Positions 1 to 6,251 of a stretch of 64,000 nucleotides of DNA are shown piece by piece (within the stretch, counting starts at the first letter, position 1; each line of letters begins with the position of its first letter). The notes under the pieces were generated by a model. It searched no databases. It was not told the origin of the DNA and saw only the letters and a program-made list of their open reading frames with translations. This stretch comes from a virus, in the IMG/VR virus record IMGVR_UViG_3300020202_000065; one strand, given 5' to 3'. Both the position numbers and the translations under genes were made by a program.

Positions 1-90
1 CATGATCCGAGCCAACGCCGCCTCCGTCACCAACGTGCCCGGATTCATTTCCCCCAACGCCTGTATGATTCCCTTCGACGATGCTTGCAT
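1..90 (-). CDS. N-terminal fragment of a possible HTH/excisionase-like protein running off the left edge (MQASSKGIIQALGEMNPGTLVTEAALARIM...)
   Basis: Manual translation, open from ATG at 90 to the edge; T-E-x-x-L-A-R resembles the first HTH helix; truncated. Confidence 0.35.
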   Translation of the reverse strand, partial: MQASSKGIIQALGEMNPGTLVTEAALARIM

Positions 91-306
91 AGCGGCGCAC
101 TCGCTCTCTAGGTGCCGAATTCATGATTGTTGACAAGTGGATATATTTTCACTTTGGCAAACCGCATGCAAAAACTCGCAACATTAAGAAAGTAAATTCA
201 AATCCCGCAGCGCTCCGAAACTTACAGTAACTCGGAAGTGAAAAATAACCACCGATCAGCAACGACTTAACATAGGTTGCACGCAGTGCAAAATGAGGGG
301 GTCCGC

Positions 307-404
307 AAAAACGACTATAGGTATATTTTTCTCTCTTTTTCTCTAAAATCCACTTTTCCTCTTTAGAAACACATTTCATTAATTACCCCTATATAGTCGT
401 TTTT
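307..404. repeat. 13-bp perfect inverted repeat (AAAAACGACTATA / TATAGTCGTTTTT) around a 72-bp AT-rich spacer
   Basis: Arms at 307-319 and 392-404 read directly. Confidence 0.85.
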
Positions 405-890
405 CACGACCACCCCGCCTCGCGATGCAGCATTTTAAACCAAACCCTCGTGATACTGTGACATGATTTGGCACACGGAATTACCAGAACTTTCCTACTA
501 CTCCGTTACTTAGCCTCTCATCACTTTTGTTGGTCATTAATCAAAATGGTCAAAAACAAAAAATTTTGTGTCGTGTGAGTTAAGGGCCTCCCGCCTGGCC
601 AGCACTGGCGCTGTGATCGACTGGGAAACTATACCCCCTATGTCATTGTATAGCATAGCCTTACAGACTTCGTGCAGATACCATACGGTATCTACACAAT
701 CACGGTCCAGAGCAGAGGCTCAATTGTCACGATGTGATTTTGCCCTGCAGGTTATTCATTGTGCATAAAAGGATTTCCTTGTCTGAAATACCTAACAAAA
801 TCCCGAACTAGCATCGAAAGTAGGGTCATTCCCTGAGAAATTCATTTAGTTTATCGTTAGGTAATTAGGTAAATACTTGTAAAGCTTAAA

Positions 891-937
891 TTCCAGTGAG
901 TGTAGAGTTTCCAGTCCTGTATCTGTGGAATTCCAGT
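891..937 (+). repeat. Three TTCCAGT direct repeats next to an AT-rich tract (iteron-like)
   Basis: Copies at 891, 909 and 931. Confidence 0.6.
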
Positions 938-958
938 GCCTTGACTTTCCTGTGTATC

Positions 959-1053
959 TAGCGTGATATCACGTTATTTATTACAGATTAAAGCTTTGTG
1001 ATATCACGTGACTTGCGTAGTGATATGGCATCAAAGTAGCGTGATATCACGTT
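959..1053. promoter_or_regulatory. Operator-like array of GTGATATCAC palindromes
   Basis: TAGCGTGATATCACGTT is exact at 959-975 and 1037-1053; GTGATATCAC at 998-1007; half-site GTGATAT at 1020; TTGACA at 1062. Confidence 0.7.
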
Positions 1054-1128
1054 GCTTGCGCTTGACACTCTGTCCATTGTGGACAAGTCAAGGTGCAAGG
1101 GGAGCAAGGCCTAAAGGGAGTGCTTACC

Positions 1129-1206
1129 ATGAGGGGATTCAAGCTTGTGTCTCTGGCAGTTCTGACAGGATATGCGCTTTCCTTCATGCTGGCTTGCATT
1201 CTCTAG
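1129..1206 (+). CDS. 25-aa hydrophobic single-TM peptide MRGFKLVSLAVLTGYALSFMLACIL (type I toxin-like)
   Basis: SD-like AAAGGGAGT 7 nt upstream; below the ORF-track size cutoff. Confidence 0.5.
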   Translation: MRGFKLVSLAVLTGYALSFMLACIL

Positions 1207-1245
1207 GGTGTTACGTGGCGCTATGCCACAGAGGGAGTAGGGATC

Positions 1246-1755
1246 ATGGGTAACACGGTTGAAGTTTCTGAGAAGGTCACGGCAAAGCACATCGGTGCTG
1301 CTCTTTCGGCGCTTGTGATCAATACGCGCGGGAAACTGGCCTGCATTGGCGGAATGATCCTCGCCTACGGCAAGGCACACGGTCATGAGAGCAAGGCGGA
1401 CACTCTGGACGCTCTCGAAACTGAATTGAAGCTTCAGAAAATGACTCTGGACAAGTCCCTGTGCAATCGCGCGCTGAAGGCGCATGCGGACCGGAAAACG
1501 GCCAACGAAAAAGGCGTCTATGCGGAATGGAGCAAGGCCAGCACAGATGCAGAGGCACAGGCCATTTTGGACAAGGCCTGCAACAAAGAGCGCAAAGAGA
1601 AGACGCCAAAGAGCGACCTTTCGAAGGTGCTCGCGCTGATTGCGAAGCTTGACGCTGCAGGACTGTCAAGCGCTTTGACGGCGATTGAGGCGCAGTTGAG
1701 CGCTATCGAAGCGGCAAAGGCCAGCACGAGCAAGGCGGGCACTGCTGCAGCGTAG
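1246..1755 (+). CDS. Hypothetical protein, Ala/Lys-rich helical, 169 aa
   Basis: SD AGGGAG; coherent ORF followed by a long hairpin. Confidence 0.8.
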   Translation: MGNTVEVSEKVTAKHIGAALSALVINTRGKLACIGGMILAYGKAHGHESKADTLDALETELKLQKMTLDKSLCNRALKAHADRKTANEKGVYAEWSKASTDAEAQAILDKACNKERKEKTPKSDLSKVLALIAKLDAAGLSSALTAIEAQLSAIEAAKASTSKAGTAAA

Positions 1756-1760
1756 CGTCT

Positions 1761-1821
1761 ACTCCCTTCGCTCCCTTGACCCCTGCGCAGTACTGGCAGG
1801 GGTTAAGGCATTGAAGGGAGT
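1761..1821 (+). other. Long stem-loop after the 169-aa gene
   Basis: ACTCCCTTC/GAAGGGAGT and CCTTGACCCCTGC/GCAGGGGTTAAGG pair. Confidence 0.75.
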
Positions 1822-1838
1822 CCGCATTCGTTCTCTTC

Positions 1839-1850
1839 GCTCTTTGACAA
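1839..1850 (+). promoter_or_regulatory. boxA-like antitermination element GCTCTTTGACAA
   Basis: Resembles the rrn boxA consensus (GCTCTTTAACA); the TTGACA has no -10 at the proper spacing. Confidence 0.55.
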
Positions 1851-2109
1851 TCCTGTGTCGTATGAGTCGGCAGCAGACTGGACGTGCAAGCGGTAATACC
1901 GTTGCGCGTGCAGTGCTTCCAGTTCTAGCGCTTCGCTCTTTCCCTGTGGCTCTAGGTTCTCGGGACTAGATCACAGGAAAAAACCGCTTTCGGTTTTGGC
2001 GGGAAAGGATGTGCGGTCTAGCGCTACGGGAAGCATACGCGCGCAACGGTTAAACCCGTCAGTGATCCACACGGTACACGGGCACCTTAACTGCCACAGG
2101 ATGAAAGGG

Positions 2110-2122
2110 AGTCTTTGACAAT
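2110..2122 (+). promoter_or_regulatory. Second boxA-like element AGTCTTTGACAAT
   Basis: Shares TCTTTGACAAT with the 1839 copy; sits between two closed RNA domains. Confidence 0.5.
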
Positions 2123-2693
2123 CTAGAGACCGATTGAAGGCCAGCACAGGACTTGTCCTGTGTTGCTGCCGATGTGCGATAAATCGCCTGTGTACGCTTG
2201 CGCTATGCAAGCTATCGACACTCGCGACGATACGCGCGGTATCGGTCCGAATAGTGCACGCCGTGAAGTTTTGCGGTTAGATACTCTGCCATGTCGCAAC
2301 GGATGATTTTGCGGCCGCGCGGACCAGGTTAGAAACTCTGCCTGGCCTGAACGGTGCAAAAGAATCGCGTGGGCCTGGCATCGAGTGTTTTGCTGTGAAC
2401 AGATCGTGTGCGCCATCCCCTGCCGTTGGATGTGGAGCTCTCAGTGCGCTGTGCGTTATGCCGGCGAATGAGCGAACGGAATGTGCGTGCCGGCAATTTT
2501 CGTGAGGAACGATTAGGCCGGGCAGATGATGATGGAACAGGTGAGGGGCATTGCTGCCTCAGTCTACGGGACTTTAACCTGCCATCGGGGTATCTATCGC
2601 CCCTTGGGAACGAGACGGAGTGCTGAACTCTGTCCAGTGAGCCAGCCAGGTCGGCAGAGCTCTGCCCGAGAACGAGATGGACAGATCCAGATT

Positions 2694-2736
2694 GCGGCGG
2701 GGGTCACGCCTAGTTAGCGTGGCCCTCGCCGTTTTT
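2694..2736 (+). terminator. Intrinsic terminator ending the large RNA
   Basis: GC-rich stem around loop CTAGTTA followed by a T-run. Confidence 0.7.
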
Positions 2737-2917
2737 CACAGAACAGACTCACCTTCCCGTTAGCAACTCTGTCCGGACAAATCATTTTCACGCCGCATTA
2801 TGCGTTTTTTTGGCCGGATTATGCATGAACAGGCCTGAATTATTCGCTTTCGGCCGCGCCTTATTACTCCACTCGAATTGAACGATCGAGCCCTCGTGTG
2901 TGAGGACTCTGCCGCTC

Positions 2918-2945
2918 GCCCCGGTGATTGTCACCGGGGCTTTTT
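2918..2945 (+). terminator. Intrinsic terminator GCCCCGGTGA-TTG-TCACCGGGGC-TTTTT
   Basis: 10-bp stem plus T5; near copy at 4504. Confidence 0.75.
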
Positions 2946-2963
2946 CGTGTCTGGAGATTACCT

Positions 2964-3119
2964 ATGAAGATTTGGCGCGTCTGTGATGAACACGGCAACA
3001 CCGTGGTTGACGAGGTGATCGGCGAGCTGGTCTTTTGTTCCATGACCGTTGCCGCCGCGACCGCGTTTCAACTCACCAAGCAGAGCCGCAGGCCCCACCA
3101 CGTCGAATTCAATTTCTAA
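2964..3119 (+). CDS. Small hypothetical protein (MKIWRVCDEHG...)
   Basis: SD GGAG; ATG at 2964. Confidence 0.7.
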   Translation: MKIWRVCDEHGNTVVDEVIGELVFCSMTVAAATAFQLTKQSRRPHHVEFNF

Positions 3120-3197
3120 CCGTGAACGCAGAGCACGCCGGCGGCGCCGGCGCAATGCGGCCGCCCCGGAGGGCGCCAGTTGCAAGCCTGGGAGAGC
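3111..3197 (+). ncRNA. Possible degenerate third tRNA-like element
   Basis: D-arm-like CGTG-AACGCAGAG-CACG, T-arm-like CCAG-TTGCAAGC-CTGG, only ~4 bp of acceptor pairing. Confidence 0.3.
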
Positions 3198-3203
3198 ACA
3201 GCC

Positions 3204-3359
3204 ATGGAATCACCGGAACAGTACGAAGCGAAGGTCGACGCCTACTACAGCGGGTACGTGCACGAGGAACTCGCGCGCCCCGCGATCGTGGAAGCGAATT
3301 ACGAACAGCAGTACCACAACGAGTACCTCTACGCCGCGCCCACCGCGGCCGCCGCCTGA
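3204..3359 (+). CDS. 51-aa acidic Tyr-rich hypothetical protein (MESPEQYEAKVDAYY...)
   Basis: Manual translation; SD GGAGAG; not in the ORF track. Confidence 0.7.
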   Translation: MESPEQYEAKVDAYYSGYVHEELARPAIVEANYEQQYHNEYLYAAPTAAAA

Positions 3360-3428
3360 ACGTGGTTTCGTGTCCGCGCCTCTTCGCTGGGGCGCGGGAA
3401 TGAACCCATGTCAAAGGAGAACAGGACT

Positions 3429-3647
3429 ATGGATTACTGCTACATCGTCACCTCGAATGACGGCCAGGTGCTCGGCGTCTTCGACAAGATGAACAAAGCC
3501 GTCGACAGCGTCTCGCTCAGCTACAGCGCGACCGGACACGTCAATTTCGATGCCTATGGACCGAACGAAGTCCGGGCCCAGGCGCCGAACGGCGATAAGC
3601 TGCGCATCACCGGCATGCCGGTCAAGACCACCGTTGATCATCTGTAA
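3429..3647 (+). CDS. Hypothetical protein
   Basis: SD AAGGAG/AGGA; phage-like codon use. Confidence 0.75.
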   Translation: MDYCYIVTSNDGQVLGVFDKMNKAVDSVSLSYSATGHVNFDAYGPNEVRAQAPNGDKLRITGMPVKTTVDHL

Positions 3648-3681
3648 TTGAACAAACCCCCGAACAGCAAAGGAGAATGCC

Positions 3682-3930
3682 ATGAAAGTCACCGCGCGCA
3701 CGCGTGGCGGCGGCGCCGTCAAATTCAGCAGCAAGCACGGCGTCTGGGCCAGCTACAAAGTAGCAGGTGTCGCCGATCTTCCAACGCCTGAGATTTTTTA
3801 CGCCGGCGCCAAGCTGCCCGACGGCAGACGCATTCAGTTTTTCCTGAACCGCGAGACCAACCTCGTAGTGGTCGATGTGATCGATCGCAGCGGCCGCAGC
3901 GGTACGGAGATCGTCCGCCGGAAAGTCTGA
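3682..3930 (+). CDS. Hypothetical protein, 82 aa
   Basis: SD AAAGGAG. Confidence 0.8.
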   Translation: MKVTARTRGGGAVKFSSKHGVWASYKVAGVADLPTPEIFYAGAKLPDGRRIQFFLNRETNLVVVDVIDRSGRSGTEIVRRKV

Positions 3931-4045
3931 ACCGCTTTACACCCATGAACGTTGTCAAGTGAACGGCTCATTTCGGGCCGTTTTGTCAAGTAAACCAGCT
4001 AAAAGAAAGAAGGTTCCGCGTCACACCGTTCGAAAAGTGAACCGC

Positions 4046-4087
4046 AGGTGGACGACTTTTTTGACCCGCCCGAAAAGTCTTCCACCT
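4046..4087 (+). other. Intergenic long imperfect hairpin
   Basis: AGGTGGA/TCCACCT and GACTTTT/AAAAGTC pair. Confidence 0.65.
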
Positions 4088-4141
4088 CTCCTATGAAAAC
4101 AGGGTGGACTAATTTTGAAAAAGGAAAGGAGGTGTAGTCCA

Positions 4142-4432
4142 GTGGCCACGCAAAAGCCTGTCTGCCGTGACGTTCAGGCCTATCTCAAATTTCATCTCGG
4201 CAAGAACTGGTCCGCGCCGCTCACCGGAACAGATTGGCGCGCCTTTGCCGCGTTCTGTCACCTGGTGGATCTCTGGTGTACGACCGAGTCACCGCACGCC
4301 GAAGAAGCCATGCGGCAAACGCTGAAGGTCTGCCAGAGTTCCGTGCTGCCGATTTTCTATCATGCCGCCGCCGGCATCACGATGGAAAGCACGGCTGAAC
4401 GGCTCTGGCCGCGCATCAAACCGAAAGAGTAA
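4142..4432 (+). CDS. Hypothetical protein
   Basis: GTG start behind AGGAGG. Confidence 0.75.
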   Translation: MATQKPVCRDVQAYLKFHLGKNWSAPLTGTDWRAFAAFCHLVDLWCTTESPHAEEAMRQTLKVCQSSVLPIFYHAAAGITMESTAERLWPRIKPKE

Positions 4433-4503
4433 GACGAACCCGCCATTAACCTCCCGGCGCCGCCGGGGGGCCATGATGGGCTCGTGAATTTGAAGACAAA
4501 CCC

Positions 4504-4530
4504 GCCCCGGTTGAACACCGGGGCTTTTCT
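4504..4530 (+). terminator. Intrinsic terminator GCCCCGGT-TGAAC-ACCGGGGC-TTTT
   Basis: Same stem as at 2918. Confidence 0.7.
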
Positions 4531-4546
4531 TTGGGAGGAACAGGTC

Positions 4547-4774
4547 ATGGCTACTGTCACGCAACACATTGTCAGCATTCGTGCTGAACGTCTCTACCGT
4601 GAAGTCATCGCTCCCGGCGGTGTCGATTTCTCGAAATTTGAAATCGATGAGATCCTCGAGGTTCGGGCGCATGCCCAGCTCGTCGCCACCAACGGCGAAT
4701 ACCATGAGCGCCGCAAGGCCCTCGCCACGCTGATCGAGATCGAAGACGTCCTGTTCCTGCGCCTGCAGTCCTAA
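4547..4774 (+). CDS. Hypothetical protein
   Basis: SD GGAGG; ATG at 4547. Confidence 0.8.
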   Translation: MATVTQHIVSIRAERLYREVIAPGGVDFSKFEIDEILEVRAHAQLVATNGEYHERRKALATLIEIEDVLFLRLQS

Positions 4775-4816
4775 CCCCCGCTGATTCCGCCAGAAAGCTT
4801 AAAGTTTAAACGATAC
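4773..4816 (+). promoter_or_regulatory. Phage-specific promoter-like motif, copy 1
   Basis: AACCCCCGCTG-N14-CTTAAAGT-N5-CGATAC. Confidence 0.7.
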
Positions 4817-4823
4817 GCAACCA

Positions 4824-4934
4824 ACAGCGGCCGCGTGGACAGTGACATGCAGCGCGAAGAGACGCGGATTGATGTTGCGGGAACTCTCTTATGTGGCCGT
4901 CAATCCAGCAGCCGGTGCAACTCCGGCCCGCTGT
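4824..4934 (+). ncRNA. tRNA-like RNA 1 with the anticodon region replaced by a kissing-loop domain
   Basis: 7-bp acceptor ACAGCGG/CCGCTGT, 5-bp D stem, T arm GCCGG-TGCAACT-CCGGC, then T8. Confidence 0.75.
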
Positions 4935-4942
4935 TTTTTTTC

Positions 4943-4968
4943 AACCCCGCACCGTGCGGGTTTTTTTT
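4943..4968 (+). terminator. Intrinsic terminator
   Basis: CCCGCAC-C-GTGCGGG-like stem followed by T8. Confidence 0.7.
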
Positions 4969-4992
4969 ATGCCATGACAGAAGGAGACTGCC

Positions 4993-5187
4993 ATGAACCT
5001 CAACGCAGCCGCCGCCCAGCTCATCCAGGAACTCGATTCAATCCCGGCAGCAACGTGGGGCGGCGTCTTTGTCCGCTACGACACGCCGCGGGACACCATT
5101 GCGATCGATCTGCGCAGTGTCGGTCTGGTCGAAATCTTTGAACTCTACACCAACGGCATGCGGATCCGTTGGGCCAACCCCCGCTGA
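4993..5187 (+). CDS. Hypothetical protein, 64 aa
   Basis: SD AAGGAG. Confidence 0.8.
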   Translation: MNLNAAAAQLIQELDSIPAATWGGVFVRYDTPRDTIAIDLRSVGLVEIFELYTNGMRIRWANPR

Positions 5188-5219
5188 TCCCGCCAGATTT
5201 CCTCAAGTTCCAACGATAC
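5176..5219 (+). promoter_or_regulatory. Phage-specific promoter-like motif, copy 2
   Basis: AACCCCCGCTG-N14-CCTCAAGT-N5-CGATAC. Confidence 0.7.
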
Positions 5220-5230
5220 GAAGTTTTTAG

Positions 5231-5366
5231 CGCGGCGTTCTCGTGGCTGGTGTCACGGGCGAAAAACAGAACGGACGGAGCTTGATTTCCGTTTCGCGTT
5301 TCAGTTCTCCGGTAGAGCGCGAACGCCAATAGCGAAACGCAGAGGGTTCGATTCCCCGCGCCGCAA
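5231..5366 (+). ncRNA. tRNA-like RNA 2 with an initiator-like acceptor stem and an ~80-nt insert in place of the anticodon arm
   Basis: CGCGGCG/CGCCGCA (C1-A72 mismatch), T8, D stem CTCGTG/CACGGG with loop GG, T loop GGG-TTCGATT-CCC. Confidence 0.7.
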
Positions 5367-5395
5367 AGCACTTCAAACCACGGGAGGAAACCAAC

Positions 5396-5407
5396 ATGAA
5401 GAACTGA
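5396..5407 (+). CDS. Three-codon minigene MKN*
   Basis: GGAGG SD, then ATG AAG AAC TGA. Confidence 0.45.
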   Translation: MKN

Positions 5408-5413
5408 ACACAC

Positions 5414-5553
5414 CGGTGCTCCAGCCGTCTCCCACAAAAGCTCTGGAGCACTGCGGTCTCGACGGCAAACAACCTCCGCGAGGTGAGACTGGGGATCCGG
5501 AAATGGCCGGATCGCGAATAGGAGCCAGGCCTTTAAAAACGAAGGGCTTTTTT
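5414..5553 (+). ncRNA. Pseudoknotted structured element ending in a weak terminator
   Basis: P1 5414-5424/5443-5453, P2 5454-5460/5485-5491, CCGTC/GACGG pseudoknot, hairpin 5494-5513. Confidence 0.5.
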
Positions 5554-5844
5554 ATGACTCTCGAAAAGGAACTCCGTAAAGCCACGTCCAGCATTGCTCT
5601 GCGCGTGGACAACTCACGCCAGGACACAAAGCCGGAACCGGCGCGGCCCAAGCGCAACGAACTCGAGCAGCACCTGCGCGAAGAAAATCGGAAGCTGCGC
5701 AGCGGCCAGCGCTGGTTTGCCTTCGACACCAAGCACGGCCGTGTTGCGCGCCAGGCCTATGTCCCCGTTCCGCTGGCCGGCGAAAAGCTCGTAGGCAACC
5801 GCCGCGGCTATCTCTCCGCCTCTGAAGCCATGAAGGCCAAATGA
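5554..5844 (+). CDS. Hypothetical protein
   Basis: ATGA overlap with the next gene; start uncertain. Confidence 0.65.
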   Translation: MTLEKELRKATSSIALRVDNSRQDTKPEPARPKRNELEQHLREENRKLRSGQRWFAFDTKHGRVARQAYVPVPLAGEKLVGNRRGYLSASEAMKAK

Positions 5845-6251
5845 GCCTTCTCGCGCAAAAAATCGCGCGCGTCGTTAAGTGGGGTACCAAACGAGCTCAG
5901 GCACTTGAAATCATCGTGTCGATGTCCCCGCCGCGCGGCGTCCGCTTTGATCCAACGGTCCACGGCGCCACCGCGGCTGAACTGACCGAGGATATCGGCT
6001 GCGTCAATCGCATGAGCGTCTACACGATGCTGGGAATCCTCGAGAAGGCTGGGCTGATCCAGCGCCTGGAAGACAAACGCGACAAGAATTTCATCTACGT
6101 GGCCAAGCCACAGATCCTTCAGGAGAGCAGAACAGATGGCCAATCGCCGCAACAAATCCGAACGCCGCAAAAAGCGCAAGTCCGCAGGCACCAAGCGCCG
6201 CGCATATCGGCGCCGCAGCGCCCTGCGCAACTCCGCCGATCTGTTCCGTGA
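5841..6251 (+). CDS. Winged-helix DNA-binding protein (MarR-like fold)
   Basis: TAAELTEDIG...SVYTMLGILEKAGLIQR...DKR pattern. Confidence 0.65.
   Translation: MSLLAQKIARVVKWGTKRAQALEIIVSMSPPRGVRFDPTVHGATAAELTEDIGCVNRMSVYTMLGILEKAGLIQRLEDKRDKNFIYVAKPQILQESRTDGQSPQQIRTPQKAQVRRHQAPRISAPQRPAQLRRSVP

Larger units (their letters stand above)
1850..2736 (+). ncRNA. Putative large structured non-coding RNA (or tandem RNAs), ~890 nt, family not identified
   Basis: Nested helices with G-U wobbles, closed multi-branch domains (1850-2102, 2128-2247, 2254-2358, 2530-2586, 2629-2685), no credible ORF, 3' terminator. Confidence 0.7.

Noticed and set aside
149-768. Track ORFs 149-379 (-) and 568-768 (+)
   Set aside because: AT-rich, no SD, unlike the phage codon usage
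891-1053. Short repeats as a CRISPR or other guide array
   Set aside because: Repeats are 7-17 bp, few and irregularly spaced, with no cas-like gene
1971-2717. Four 63-97 aa track ORFs inside the structured region
   Set aside because: No SD sites, atypical composition and conflicting strands; better explained as chance frames in a structured RNA
2407-2736. GTGCG as a possible group II intron 5' end
   Set aside because: No domain V and no reverse transcriptase in the window
2503-2753. GAGGAA...GCCGGGC and ACAGAAC resembling RNase P RNA P4 strands
   Set aside because: The GAGGAAAGTCC core and the complementary 3' strand are not matched
3952-3991. Two TTGTCAAGT copies (TTGACA on the - strand)
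   Set aside because: No -10 at the proper spacing and no antisense gene; at most an operator half-site
4824-5366. Calling the two tRNA-like elements genuine tRNAs or tmRNA
   Set aside because: No 5-bp/7-nt anticodon arm, no CCA, no G3-U70 alanine identity and no tag ORF
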